DNA of 64,000 nucleotides. Source: the human T2T-CHM13v2.0 reference genome, Homo sapiens. The position numbers and the translations under genes are program-made. The stretch lies in the NCBI RefSeq assembly GCF_009914755.1, contig NC_060932.1; one strand, 5' to 3'. A model generated the notes under the pieces. The model worked only from the letters and a program-made list of their open reading frames with translations, was not told where the DNA came from and searched no databases. Positions 27,631 through 45,688 of the stretch are shown here, in pieces. Every line of letters begins with the position of its first letter. Positions within the stretch are counted from its first letter, which is position 1.

Positions 27631-28802
27631 CACAAAGCTTGAGTCCTTTATTCAAAGCGCCACTGTGTTGCCTTCAGCAGATTGGAGAAAAAATGGAACT
27701 GGAGCAATGGCAACCCTCTTTAGGTTATCCCTGGAGACCTTGAGAAGCATTCTCCTCAATAGGGAAGCCTAAAACCACAGGGCAACTGTTCCAACAAGTC
27801 CTTGCTCTTAGGGAACTGGAACAGAAGATACAGAGAGAGTTAAGTCATAGTAATAGAAGTAGAAGCAGAGCCATGGACTCACCAAGAAACATTTAATGGC
27901 AGAACATTCCAATTGGATAACTGTTGCCAGGTTAATCACAGGACCAAGTGGCCAGAACTTTTGCTGTGTGTAGTAGATGTTGGTGCTACTGCTGTTTTCT
28001 GAATAAACTTCTTTTTCTGTAAGACCTGGCTCCAAGCCTATTAAGTCAGCTTCAGGGTTTATTTTATTTTATTTTTTTTTGTCCCGTTTTATCTTTACAA
28101 TAAAACTCAGTGACCCAGGTAAATCTGAGTATGTCTGGGAATCTTGTAATTTCAAAGATGCTGGTGAGTGCAGCAATCTGTGGTCTAATACATATATTTG
28201 CAGTAAACCCCTTTTTCTTCACTGATGGGCTCCGGTGAACATGTGACCCTGCCCCCTCCTGCTGATTGGATAAGCGTGAGATACCTCAGCCAAGTTGAAC
28301 AAATCAGACTCTCTACCTTGTGAGTTTGCAATCCTGTTTGTTCATCCATGATAACTGCTTGAGGTAAGAGGTGATGGAAACTCAGGACTTGAGCTGCTGC
28401 TTGCGGGATGGCTATTCCCTGTAAAATTTATTAACATCCTTTACAAGGCCTAGCATGATGTGGCTTCTACTTTCTTTTCTAGTGTCATTGCTCACCAGTC
28501 TCCCTGACACTCTCTCTGCTCCAGCTATTCCGGGCTTCCTTCAAGCCCATGTGGGGCTGTGCAGGTGCTATTCTCACTTTCTGGTGACTAGCTAGCTCTG
28601 ATATAACCTTTTGATCTCAGCCCAAATGTCATTTCTTCAGAATGATCTAGTTATGCTTCTGATTAGATTAGATCTTCCTCCCATTCCCCACATCACTGCA
28701 CAAGCTTGTGGCACTACACATTTTCTGTTTCTTCATAATTTTAGTTTACTATGACCCTAACACTGTATATGGCTTTTCTTCCTGCATCTGTTTCTTGTCA
28801 CA

Positions 28803-29050
28803 CAGGTGGCTAAGAGCCTAGACTCAGGAGTCAGAATCATTGGGTTCCAATCCTGGCTTTAGATACATGAGTTTCAGCATGTTACTTGATTTCTCTGTCT
28901 TAATTTGGTCACCTATGAGGTAAAGACAGTAATGATACCTACTTTAAATGATTGGTGTGAGGTTTAAATGAAATATGCATATAAATCAATTAGCACAATG
29001 CTTCCCACACAGTATCTGCTCAATACATGTTTTCTGGTATGATTATTATC
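28803..29050 (+). mobile_element. MIR, nearly full length
   Basis: GTGGCTAAGAGC...GGGTTCCAATCCTGGCT...TAGCACAATGC...GCTCAATACATG. Confidence 0.75.
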
Positions 29051-30790
29051 TGATTGTTGATTGTTCCTCAGTTTAAACTTTTGAAAGCAAGAATCTGCTT
29101 GGTTCAGTTCATCTTTTCACAGTGGGTCTTATTGCAGATATCTAGTTACCAACCAGTGTTGCTGCAGAAAGGTGTGTGTATAGGTGTGTGTATGTATGTG
29201 TGTATGTATGTGTGTGGATATGTGGAGGTGTTATGGAGTCTATAATGTTGTTTACTAATTCTGCCAGTCAGTTTTTTTCTGGGCCACAAGGAAGTGACAT
29301 GCACAGATGGTTGACAAAGATAGGAGTTTATTGCAAGAACATAGATGGTGAGATAGAGGAAGAAAAGGTCACATTAGCAGTCAAGTCACTTAGGAGAGCC
29401 TAAGATGGTATGTGAGGCACATTTCTTATGAAACTAGACGACTCCCTCCATTGTCATTTGGTGAAGCCATTGGACTTGAGTGAATCTTCCTATCTTTGTG
29501 TGTGCCCTGAATTTATGCTTCCAGAAGACTAATGTTTTTTGGATAGCAACTTACATGATTTTTTATTCTTACAATCTCTTTTTGCCATTTAGGTAATAGA
29601 AAGGAGGTTCTAAGCTCATCGCAAGAAAATAATGGCACACTGAAAGGAGAAACAAAGGGTCTTTCCTTGATTTTTGTATTTCAAAAGTTTGGGAATTCAG
29701 AGGGAGCCTAAGAGGGTGTGTGTGCCAGAGATTTGGGAGAATGCAAATTAAGAAAGAGACACAAACAGCCTTACGGAGTTTTTGTGGCTCTGTGTGGCAA
29801 GTTGCAAAACATATCATCCCAAGTGCTTAGGAAGAATAATCCCAAGTGTCAAGAGAAGGCCTGTGTTCAACAATTGAGGTGACATATCCCAAACCCAAGT
29901 GCAGCAATGACTGAAAACCAGGAGGGGACCCAAGGAGGAAGACAACTTGATAGATGCTGGTGAGGATAAACGACAACCCAAATCAGATGCGCTCTCCCCA
30001 GCAAAGCACTGGCACTCCATAAACTCCCCCAAACTAAAGGTAACTTCTCCCAAAGAAGGGAGACCTTTAATTGCCTGAGATTAATCCCCAGTCAAATGGA
30101 GACTTGCACTAAAATTAAAGTTCACAAGTTAAAACAAATACAATTCTCTCACACAATGGAGCTTGAAGACTAACATTCTTGCATCTAAAAAGAATATACG
30201 ATGAGGTTGCTTTGGCCCCATTTGATAAGAAGCATATATATATTTTTTTTCCCTGTAGTTAATAATAGCCACTCCAGAGATGATCAGTTCATGTGCAGTT
30301 ACTTGAGTCATGCACCTGTTCCTGGTTGGCCTCATCAGCAATGGCAAGGGTAATGAGTGACTGTACCTTTTTAACAGTAATGACAAATTAAGCAAGAAAA
30401 GCCTTGGAGTACGAGCCTATCTCAGAGATATCGTGGGCTTGGTTACAAATAACCACAATAAAGTTAATATCATGATACAGCAAGTCAGAAATATTTTTTG
30501 CTTTCCCAGTTCATGTAAAAGTTATGTTTATAAGATACTGTAGTCTATTAAGTGCAACAGCATTATGCCTAAAACATGTACATAATTAATTTAAAAATAC
30601 TTTGCTGCTAAAAACTGCTAACAATCATCTGAGTCTTAATCTTTTTGCTAGTGTAATCTTAATGTTTTTGCTAGTGTAATCTTAATCTTTTTGCTGGTGT
30701 AATCTTTTTGCTGGTAGAGGGTCTTGCCTCATTGATGGGTGTTGGTCACTGATCAGGGTGGTGGTCACTTAAGGTTGCGGTGGCTGTGGC

Positions 30791-34982
<4,192 letters not shown>

Positions 34983-35099
34983 AGCAATTTCTTATAATAA
35001 GACAACAATGAAATTTGCCACATTTCAAGAACGAATTCTCTGTGACATGTGAATTTTTTATAGCATTTTACCCCCAGTAGAACTTCTTTCAAAGTTGGA

Positions 35100-36625
35100 G
35101 CCAATCCTCGTAAACCCTGTCATTCTTTATCAACTAAGTTGACGTAATACGCTAAATCTTGTCTTGTCATTTCAGCAGCGTTTGTATCATCTTTACCAGG
35201 AGTAGATTGCATCCCAAGAAACCAACTTTCTTTGCTCATCCATAAAAAGTAACTTCTCATCCATTCAAGCTTTCTCATGAGACTGTAGCAATTTGGTCAC
35301 ACCTTCAGGCTTCACTTCTAGTTCTCTTGTTACTTCCATCCCATCTGCAGTTATTCCCTTCAATTAAGTCTCAAGCTCTTCAAAGTCATCCATGAGGATT
35401 GGAATCAACTTTCTTAAAACTCTGGTTTATGTTGATATTTTGACCTCCTTCCATGAATCACCAATGTTCTTAATGGCATCTAAAATGGTGAATCCTTTCC
35501 AAAAGTTTTTCAATTTACTTATCCCAGACCCATCAGAGAAATTACTATTTATGGAAGCTATTGCCTTACAAAATGTATTCCTTAAATAATAAAACTTGAA
35601 AGTTGAAATTAACCCCTTGATTCATAGGCCGCAGAATGGACGTTGTGTTAGCAGGCATGATAACAACATTTATCCACTTATACATCTCTATCAGAGCTGT
35701 TGGTTGACCAGGTGCATTGTCAATGAGCAGCCATATTTTTAAAAGAATCTTTTTTCCAAGAAGTAAGTCTTGACAGTGGACTTAAAATATTCAGTAAATC
35801 ATGCTGTAAATAGATGTGAGGTCATCCATTGTGTTTAAATAAAATTTAAAACAATAAAATCTCATTGAGCACAGGCAGAGCAGATTTCTTAAGGCCCTTA
35901 GGATTTTCAGAATGGTAAATGAACACTTCAGTTTAAAATCACCAGTTGCCTTAGCTCCTAACCAGAGAGTCAGCCTGTGCTTTGAAGCTTCAAAGCCAGG
36001 CACTGACTTCTCTCTAGCTATGATAGTCCTTGATGGCATCTTCTTCCAAATTAAGACTGTTTTGTCTACACTGAAAATTTGTTTAGAGTAGTCACCTTTA
36101 TCAATGATCTTAACTAGACCTTCTGTATAACTTGCTGAGTCTTCTGCATCAGCTTTTGCTGCTTCACCTTGTACTTTTATGTTATAGAGAAAGTTTCTTT
36201 CCTTAAACCTCATGAATCAACCTCTGGTAGCTTCCAAATTTTCTTCTGCAGCTTCTTCACCTCTTTCAGCCTTCACAGAATTGAAGATTAGGGCCTTTGT
36301 CTGGCTTAAGCTTTGGCTTAAGGGAATGTTGTGTCTAGTTTGATCTATCCAGATCTCCAAAGCTTTCTGCATATGCTGTTTCTTATCATTATTCATATCA
36401 CTTTCTTATCATTAATGTGTTCAATGGAATAACATTTTTAATTTCCTTTGCATTAACAATGTTAATTTTCTTTGCATTAGCAGTGTTGCTAACTGACTGG
36501 TGCAAGAGAATGAGTTTTGGCCTATCTGTTTTTGGCATAACTTCCTCACTAAAAATCATTTGTAGCTTTTGATTTAAAGTGGGAGATGTACAACTATTCC
36601 CTTCACTTGGACACTTAGAAGCCAT
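35100..36625 (-). pseudogene. Disrupted Tigger1 transposase (pogo/CENP-B-like HTH + DDE)
   Basis: MASKCPSEGNSCTSPTLNQKLQMI (ORF 36398-36754) and [41 protein letters not shown] (ORF 35791-36213). Confidence 0.88.
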
Positions 36626-37399
36626 TGTAGGGTTATTAATTGGCTTAATTTTAATATCGTTGTATCTCAGGCAATAAAGAAGCCCAAGGAGACAGGGAGA
36701 GATGGGAGAACGGTCAGTCAGTGGAGCAGTCACAATATACATAACGTTTATCAATTAAGTTCACAGTTTTATATGGGAGTGGTTCATGGTACCCCCAAAC
36801 AGTTATAATAGTAACATCAAAGATCACTGATCACAGGTCACCATAACAGATATAATAATAATGAAAACATCTGAAATATTGCAAGAATTACCCAAATGTG
36901 ACACAGAAACATGAAGTGACCACATGCTGTTGGAGAAATGGTGCTGATAGACTTGCTTGAAGCAGAGCTGCCACAAATCTCCCGTTTGTAAAAAAAAAAA
37001 AAAAAAAAAAAAAATGCAGTACACGATCAAGTGAATCACAATAAAATGAGATATGCATGTACTTTCCTGGGAGAGTAACTGGGTTTGTGGCAGACATTTA
37101 AGGATTTATAGACTTTTTAAAGATAGAGGATGCTTGGACCATGAGGCTTTAGGGAGAGAAGCAGGACACTAAAGTGGATTAAGTTTCATAAAATAGAGTC
37201 CCATTGGGTGCTCTGGTTAATTTCATGTAGGATTTGCTTTGCATTTTTAGAAGAGGACTGTTACAGATTTGACATTGTGTGTGGGGTCTGGGGGACTCTG
37301 AGGCAAGGCTGCATTCCCATGAAGTATAGATTTAAAAACAGGATTGCTGGGGAGGAGAGAAATTTTAATTCAGTCAATGCATTAATAGATTGAGGGTGC

Positions 37400-37825
37400 T
37401 AAGATTTCTGGTCATCTTAGGGAGGCCAGACGAAAGCTGAAATCTTATGAGTAATACTGAGCCACATTTTAAGAGGAAGACATATACGATAGAAAGTAAC
37501 CAAGAAAACAAAACCGTGTTATAGAAAAGATGGCTGAAGGACCTGGGAATATTTACCCAGGCTCCAGAAAGAAAGCTCAAGGTGACATGATTACCAGCTT
37601 TTAATATTCAAAAGCTTGTCACTTGGAAGAGGGATTGCACTTACTCAGAAAGGCCTCAAGCCAGACCTAGGATCACTAGGCGGGAGTTACAGAAAGACAA
37701 CTTTTAATTCACTGCATAGAGTAGGCAATTCAAATAGAGATGTCTGAGGATGGGATAAACTGAGTTCATGGACTGGTTCAAAAAAGGAATTCAAGCATAC
37801 ATTGGCAGGAATATTATAGAAGTGT
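37400..37825 (+). mobile_element. L3/CR1 LINE 3' fragment
   Basis: CCACATTTTAAGAGG...GGCTGAAGGACCTGGGAATATTTA...GGTGACATGAT...GGAAGAGGGATT pattern typical of the CR1 ORF2 end. Confidence 0.65.
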
Positions 37826-38035
37826 GGTGGTGCATGTAGTAGTTAAGACATAGAGATAAAACTGGGTTCCAATTTTAATTCTTCCACTTACTAAATATGG
37901 GACCTATGGCAAGTTGCTTAATTTTTCTGCTTCAATTTCATAATTTTTAAAATGCAGTTAATATCCACTGCAGAAATGTTGGCAATAATTAAAACAATTA
38001 ACTTTTGTCCTTAGTGTCTAAAGAGAGACAGGTAG

Positions 38036-38059
38036 GGGTGTGTGTGTGTGTGTGTGTGT
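38036..38059. repeat. (TG)n microsatellite
   Basis: Direct reading. Confidence 0.9.
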
Positions 38060-38224
38060 TGCACATACATGCAACATTTCTGGTTTCTCCTAACCTGAAG
38101 TGTTATGATTCCAAAGGCTTTGGGAAAGAAAAGTTTTAAAAAACTAGCTATCCTTCTGCATTTCTTAGATAGTCCCCAGTATTTTGATATGTCCTTAAAG
38201 CCTTTGAAAGTGCTCCAGTTTCTT

Positions 38225-38520
38225 TTTTTTTTTTTGAGATGGAGTCAGTCTCAACTCTGTTGCCCAGGCTGGAGTGCAGTGCATGATTAAGCTCACTACA
38301 ACTTCCACCTCCCAGATTCAAGTAATTCTCCTGCCTCAGCCTTCTGAGTAACTGGGATTACATGTACATGCCACCACACCCAGCTAATTTTTGTAATTTT
38401 AGTAGAGACCAGGTTTTGGTATGTTGGCCAGGCTGGTCTCGAACTCCAGACCTCATGTGACCCGTCCACCTCAGCTTCCCATAGTGCTGGGATTACAGGC
38501 GTGAGCCACCACACTCGCCA
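38225..38520 (-). mobile_element. AluS/J element
   Basis: Antisense dimeric Alu. TSD TG(C/T)TCCAGTTTCTT at 38211-38224 and 38521-38534. Confidence 0.93.
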
Positions 38521-39498
38521 TGTTCCAGTTTCTTATAAAATTGTTTTAATATGGTATTTCCCCATCAAAAATTCAGTTTAAAGCAGATAGAAAATATTTG
38601 ATGCTCATCTTAATGCTACCCAGAACTGAGAAACGCCTCTCAATTTGCTTGTACAGAATGAGGTATGAGGATTTTTTTTACAGAGGAGTGGAAAAGACAG
38701 AGAACGATGAGCAATGACAATTCAGTTCCCTAGTTAACAGCATGATTTGATTGTGTTTACATATGAGACTTGTGTTTGGGGACCTCTGAGCCTTGTGCAC
38801 GTTTATCAAATTGCAAACAGCACCACTTATGTGCTGCCTATGATAAAGCACTACCACACAGCCGAATAGCTCTCCCAGCAGAAGATGATTATTTCCCAAG
38901 ATAAAAGCTGACTACCTGACCTACCTGATGCCAAAGCAATTCATCAATTCAGTGACAAAGAAAAAAAAATTAGAACAACCACTACTTTGGTGTAATGCAG
39001 AGGAAACAATCGGTTGATTGACTGTGACTGAATTTTGGCTGCAAACACAGCCAAAGCAAACCTAAAACAGTATGAGATATTCCTCAGAATTTCCATTATA
39101 ATGTAATTGTTTCTGCTAAACTTTGTTTTCCAATTTGCTCCCACATTAACTGTAGGGGTAGAAGTTAAGTGGTCAATCATCATTAAGGGAACTAGATTTG
39201 TTTGCTAACAAAAATTGTGGTATACATTTTGAATTTGATGTCACTGGGTAGTTTTTCAATGCAAACTTACGTGGCGGGGAACTATTTTGTTTGTAATGGA
39301 AGAAATACTATCCTAATATCAATACACTGCATAGAAGACATCTCGAAATCTAAGGGCAACCACTGTTTGAGTTTTGTTTTTCCAGCTACAAGCAAGATGA
39401 AGTGGAATAACCCTGGGCTTTGAAGTCAGAAGGAACTCATTCATTTGTTCATTTATTCAATATATTCTTGTTGAGCTCCTTCTATGTGTCAGGTACTA

Positions 39499-39578
39499 TT
39501 AGGCTGGTGCCAAAGTAATTGCAGTTTTTGCCATTGAAAGTAGTGGCAAAAATCGCAATTACTTTGGCACCAACCTAA
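39499..39578. mobile_element. MADE1 (Hsmar1-derived 80-bp MITE) inserted in an L2 3' end
   Basis: 37-bp TIRs TTAGGCTGGTGCCAAAGTAATTGC.../...GCAATTACTTTGGCACCAACCTAA with a 6-bp spacer. TA on the left, CA on the right. Confidence 0.93.
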
Positions 39579-40750
39579 CATGTTAGGCTCTGGGGACTTA
39601 GCAACAGACTGATGGGCTGCTTGCTTCCACAGATATTATAATTTAGTAGGAGGGTGGAGGTGGAGAGGTCTGACAACAAACATATAAATACTCCTCAGCT
39701 CCCAGCCTCCATATTTTCTATTTTTGTGATATAGGGTAAGTTATTAATTACTCGGTGATATCTCACACAGCAGGTGCTCAGCAAGTGTTGGTTCTCTACC
39801 TTCTCTACTCCTGACCCTACAGGGTGCAAGTGAAAAGACAAACTGACTCTTTCTCAATGTGATTGATGCCTTTTTTGAAACCAGGGAAATGAAGATCCTT
39901 GTCATCTCCATGAACCACAGATAGATTTGGAATGAGCTGGCTTCATTGTCTAATGTCCCTGTGAGTGTCTTTCTTTCAAGTCTGAGAGTGAATCATCCTC
40001 TTATATTTTACTCTCCGTTTTGCCTTGACAAAGAGAATGCTTTGGGATAAACAGCTCTGAAACTATAAATGTTACTTTAAAAAAAAAACTACTGCAAATT
40101 GCTTGTACTGACTTATTCTACCTTTTACTGAATTCTGCCAATTAAGGTGTTTAAGAAAAGCTGTGAAATGTAATGGTTCTTAGAATCACTTTCTAGTAGA
40201 TAGAGCTCCTCTTGGGTCAGCTTGACTGTATGATCGCCTCACTAGATTGGGACATAGAAGACAGAGAGTGAATTTATTGATAAGGAAATATCATCATTAA
40301 TTGTTATAATTTTAATGCAAATACTATTTATGATGGATTAAAAAATGTAGTCTGTAATGATGTTTCTCAAAATATGTCCAGAGTTCCAAACACTTGAGTT
40401 CAAACAAATATTTACACTATAGCTTGCTGGTGTATTGAAGGAATGGATATGATGTGAATTGAATAGTCCTTTCGCTCTCTCCCACTACCCTTCTCTTGCT
40501 CCAGGCAATTGTAATACATATTTTATCCTTAGCATAGATTTTATATGAGACACCAACATCTTTTCTTCTTGAAGAAATAACAGTAAATCTATACTATGTG
40601 GCAGAAAAACTGTTAACAAATAGCTTCGTATATTAACAAAACTCCCAGTCTCCCAACAAAATGCATATGTTGCTCAGGTAGCTATCAAGTAGTTCTTCAG
40701 TTGTGTGTTAATTGAGGACAGGAACCAAAAGAAATAAAAGACAAAAGGGT

Positions 40751-40900
40751 TTTTTAGTCTTTAAGTTCTGGGATACATGTGCTGAACATACAGGTTTGTT
40801 ACATAGGTATACATGTGCCATGGTGGTTTACTGCACCCATCAACCCATCATCTAGGTGTTAAGCACCACATGCATTAGATATTTATCCTAATGCTGTCCT
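40751..40900 (-). mobile_element. Very short L1PA (PA8-like) 3' end insertion
   Basis: TTTAAGTTCTGGGATACATGTGC...CCTAATGCT. Imperfect TSD GACAA(A/G)AGGG at 40740 and 40901. Confidence 0.85.
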
Positions 40901-41599
40901 GACAAGAGGGATTTTTGTTGGAAAAGGCAGAGAGTTACTGGCAGGAGGAAAACAACAACAAAAAGAAAGGACAAAGGGACTAGGAGGCCGAAAGTATGTT
41001 ATTGGAGATCTTGAGAGCATGGAGGTGGTTAGGAAAAAGATTTGATTTTGTGAGTAGCTGCCATATGTGACATATATAGACAGGGAGAATGATAACGGAA
41101 AGAGGCTTTAAGAAGTTTGGCTTTGCATTATAAATGTAATCTACTCCTGGCTCCTTTTTAGGGAACTACAGTAAAGACATAAATTACATTCAATTATTGT
41201 GTCTGCAGGATCTTTTTTTTTTTTTTTTTTTTTGCATGTAATACTAAAGACAGTTGGGGCCTCTGAATGGCTTTATAAAGGTTAACTTTGAATAAAGCAT
41301 TTGAACCATTCTGCCATTTTTGTGCCTTAAAACTCCCTGTTTCTCCAGGCATCCTATGAGATATATCTTCAGTATTGAGAAGAAATAGCTGAAAATCCAA
41401 GGGCTTGAAGTTAGACAGATCTGGGTTTGACTTCTAACTGCTCACTTGCTAGCTGTTTCTCATAGCGCAATATCACCTCATAGGGCAGTATTACCTCAGC
41501 TTCCTTATCTATAATATGGAGTTAAGAGTATCTACTCTGTAGGACTGTTGTAATCATCAAAACAAAACATCTAGCAAATATCATAAAACAACTGGGGCT

Positions 41600-42060
41600 T
41601 CATCAGTCCGAGTCCTGCCAGAAAACATGGCCCATTCAAATTAGGAAAACTTGAGGAAAATGTAGAGCAGGGCAATGTGTAGGCAGGGCAGAGGAAAACT
41701 ACAAGATATAGTACAATATTCTGGGGTCACCAACTTTAGGCCTGAAGATGTGAGCAGAAGAAGTGTTTCCTGGGATCCAGGGAGAACCTAAGAAGGCTGT
41801 GTAGGGAGAACTATCAGGCAGGTGCTGAGACCTTTTGTGGAGAAATGTGCCCAGCCCTTGGCAATCACTGGGGAATTGGGAAATGAATTGTGTAGCTTTC
41901 TTCCCTCTCTTTTCGTCCCTCTAGTTTCCTCCAGGGTCTTCTATTGGTTAAACCTAACTTGAAGCCATTTGGTAAGGAAGTCCATTAAGGTCACAGGAGT
42001 CAGCTGTGAAACAGATTAAATAAGGATTGAGAGTGGATCTGGGGCAAACTAAACAGACTC
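41600..42060. mobile_element. Old ERVL-type LTR (LTR33-like)
   Basis: ATCAGTCCGAGTCC...CATTCAAATTAGG...CTATTGGTTAAACCTAACTTGAAGCCA...GAGAGTGGATCTGGGGCAAAC. Confidence 0.45.
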
Positions 42061-42669
42061 ATCGTGCTCAGTAAGTATCAATTCCCTTATTTTTCTTCCC
42101 AATAGTGTGGAAAAGAGGATGTCTTTCCCATGGAAGAATAATCATACAGTAGAGGTGTCAATAGTCCCTGAAAGACTATCCCTTATATGTAAGTTCTTCA
42201 GATTGTGATACATCACAGACACAGCTCTGGAGTTGGAAATCAACACCTATCAATCTTTGTTCAAAGGATCAGCAGGAAGAGCATGGCTAGTCTAGTGGCC
42301 GGCTCTCTGAGAGTGAGTGATGCAGAGAACTTGCTATGCTGGTCAGAGATAAACAGGAGCTCTTGTTTCGACAGTGGCTTTTCAAGTTTGCCTCTTGGCA
42401 TGAAGCTGACTTTGGCAGAGGGTATCATATAAACAGGGCATATGCCCAAGCATGTAAGCCAGGCCCAACTTGCTGGATATATTCTCACCTCCAGCGCAAG
42501 ACTCATGGCTATCTGACAAAGCTGATGGTAGGGAATTTTTTCAGAAGACTGACCTCTTGGACTTTTTTCAAAATTTGTACATAAACTGAAGACTCTGTTT
42601 GGGAAAGAGAATGCTTGGTCATCACTTTGGCAGAGCTTTGATTCACTTCACTTGTTAAGCTCCTGACCT

Positions 42670-43122
42670 TTGAATGAATAACTCTTCTCCTTTGCTTCCC
42701 AGAAGATATATTCATATCCTAGTCCCCAGAACCTGTGAATGTTGTGATGTTTGGAAAAGTGTCTTTGCAAATGTCATTAAGTTAAGGATATTGAGAAGAG
42801 GCGATCATTCTGAATTATCTGGATGGGTCCTAGATCCAATAGCAAGCATGCTTATAAGATACACATGGGGGATAGATACAATGAGAAAAAGGCTATGTGA
42901 AGATGGAGGCAGAGATTAGTGTGATGTAGCCACAAGCCAAGAAAGCTGGCAGGCATCAGAAACTGGAAGAGATGTGGAACAAATTTTTCCCTAGGGGTTT
43001 TGTGGGGAGTATGACCCTGGTTGTAGACTTCTGGCCTCCAGAATGGTGAGGAAATAAATTTCCATCATTGTAAGACACTAAGTTTGTGGTAATTGGTCGC
43101 AGCAGCCCCAGGAAACAAATAT
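42670..43122 (+). mobile_element. MLT1C/D solo LTR
   Basis: CCCCAGAACCTGTGAATGTT...GTTAAGGAT...CTTCTGGCCTCCAGAA...AATAAATTTCC...GCAGCCCCAGGAAAC. Confidence 0.8.
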
Positions 43123-43204
43123 ACCTCCTATAAAACCATCTATGTTAGCACTGTGACTGCTAAGCACTCTGAATATTAGCAGCCTGAAGAACTATAGAAA
43201 TAGT

Positions 43205-43390
43205 GCAGATTTTATATACTTGAAAATTTGGTTCTTATCACAAAAAAAACTGATAAGTATGGAGGTAATGCATATGTTAATTAGTTTGATTTAGTCATTC
43301 CACAATACACATATTTCAAAACATCATGTTATACACCATGAATATTTAAAAAACCACATTTTTATTTTTCAATTAAAATATGAATAAAAG
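43205..43390 (+). mobile_element. L1MA 3' terminal fragment
   Basis: GATAAGTATGGAGGTAATGCATATGTTAATTAG...CATTCCACAAT...AAAACATCATGTT. Confidence 0.75.
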
Positions 43391-44582
43391 AAAAATAGTA
43401 CAGAGTATAAATATCTTGGAATGTATTTTTCTGAAGTTTCTGAGAAGTCATCACAAATCCTGAGAAGCTGTGCTAATTTATACCTTAAGCACTTGCAATG
43501 AAACATTACATTAAAAGAGAGGCAGAAGGAAGAACATTGGAAGACATGTGTTCTATACTGGTAGCTACTCACTGGCCACTTGACCTTGGAAAAGTCATTC
43601 AAGTATTCTAAGCCTAGATTTTCTTACCTCCAAACCACTTGTCTAACCAACTTTACAAGGTTGGCAAAAATATTAAATTATAAAATGTGCTTTGAAACAA
43701 AGTGCTATCCATTAAACTAACATATTACACAATTTGTTGTTCACAATATATGCAGAACATATATTTATTGAGTTAAATGAAACCTAGTAACTCAGAGCTT
43801 GTCATGATTTAGAAAAAAGTCTACATAGAAGTCAGAAAATCAGGGATTCAGTCCTGGCTCTGTCATGAAATAACCAGTTAAATGACCTTGGACAAGTTAT
43901 TATATCATTTAGGACTACAGTTTTCTTAATTACTGAATGAAGGAGTTGGATCTGATAATCTCTAATGCTTCTCCAAGCTCTCCGATTCTATAGTATTTTA
44001 AGAATATTAGGATTAGCAGGGTGGTTCTCTCTCTTGGTGAGCTTGTCCCTCTCAAGGTTTAAATTTTCACTAAATTCTGATAATCCTGAATTTGTCCACT
44101 GAGCTTCAGATTCATATAACCAATTATCTGGATGTCACAAAGTGTATCAGCTGAGATTCTCTGAATGTAAAAGAAAGGCAATACAAAATTTATTTGCACC
44201 AAATCACAAAAATAAAGAATATAAAGGAACTTATTGGCTCACTTAATTGAAAACTCTATGAATAGAGTTAGTTTTAGCTACAGCTAGATTTATGGCTTAT
44301 ATAATGTCATCTAGATTTACTTTCTTTTAGTCTCTCAGATCAGCTTTCTATAGGGTTGGCTCTAGCCATTAACTTCACATGGTGCAGTAGCTGCATTGCA
44401 TCATCTCGTTTATATGTTGAGGAAAAGGAAGTTTTTTCCCATGATATATAGCAAGAGTTTCCTTGCATCTCATTGGCTCTCATTGCCCATCTCTGAACCA
44501 ATCACCATGACCAGAAGTTATTCAGTGCACTGACTGGCTTAGGCTTGGATCATGTGCTTTACTGCTAAGCACGGGAGATAAC

Positions 44583-44738
44583 CAGTAGTGTGCTAGAGTG
44601 AGCCTGTTAACTACATTTCAGTATTTTCTGAGCTGGTTGTTAAATTGTTTGTAGCATTAAGTTGGAAAAGTGGGAATATTTAAATCACAACTTAGGGCTT
44701 TACTTATTTTAGAAAGTTTGTTTACCAGCACACCACTG
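44583..44738. mobile_element. MER63-like hAT-Blackjack MITE
   Basis: TIRs CAGTAGTGTGCT ... AGCACACCACTG. Confidence 0.65.
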
Positions 44739-45207
44739 GGTAGAGCCCTGTGCAAGATAGTAGGTATGGGTAGATCGCCCTCAACAAAAGGAGGTTGTTA
44801 TCAGAATAAGGCAAGAACACATGCTGTAGTGGTAAATGAGTATCCACTAGACTTAAGAGCTCAAACTCAGAATATTCAATGGTGAACTCATGCTCTTATT
44901 CCTCAACCTCTTTGTCTCTCATGGATTTTCTATCTTGAAAATCAATTCAAATTTAAAATATGACATAAAATTTTTGCATTTTTCTGCCTCATACAACAAT
45001 TTTATCTTTTTACTATTTCTCAAATACATCTATTTTTCTATTGTTTGTTTGATCTCACCCTGGGCTATTTCAGGATTCTTTGAATTTGTCTGTCTGCTTT
45101 CAATATGCTCATTTTCAAATCCATCAGTTTATCAGCACCAGGGTGATTAACCTAAAATACAACTTCCTACTTCCTAAGTCACTTTTTGTTGCTTGATGGA
45201 TAAGGCC

Positions 45208-45688
45208 TATGGTGGTTTTAAAAGCTATTAACAAATTCTCCAAAATATTTCCCTTTGATAAGTAGAGTTTAATTCTCCTCCCTTTATATGGGTTCGGTAA
45301 ACAGAAAATAACAGAAGTGATGGTATGGGACTTTCATGGATAGGTCATAAAAGGCATTACAGGTTTTTCCTTGCTCTTTCTCTTGAATCACGCACTCTAG
45401 GGGAGGCTAGTTGTCACTTCGTGAGAACATTCAAGCAGTACTATCGAGGGGTCCACATAGCAAGAAACTGAGATGCCCTACAAAAGCCAACTTGGGAGTG
45501 GATTCTCTAGTCCCATTCAAGACTTTAAATGACTAAAGTCCAGGCTGATGTCTTAATTGAAACCTCATAAAAAGTTCTGAACCAGAACTACCTATGTTAC
45601 TCCCAAGTTGCTGATCCATTGAAAGTGTGAGATTGAAACTGTTGTTTTAAACTGCTAAATTCTGGGTGCAGCAATAACAGCTAATACA
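45208..45688 (+). mobile_element. MLT1F/G solo LTR
   Basis: ATGGTGGTTTTAAAA...AATTCTCCTCCC start; GCAGCAATAACAGCTAATACA end. Confidence 0.7.

Noticed and set aside
29870-30060. Purine-rich stretch ending in AAG|GTAAC, resembling a coding exon
   Set aside because: No convincing acceptor or polypyrimidine tract, stops in the candidate frames, and no recognisable protein.
35791-36754. TIGD1-like domesticated transposase gene
   Set aside because: Frameshifted and interrupted; lies within an ordinary Tigger1 copy with TIRs and TA TSDs.
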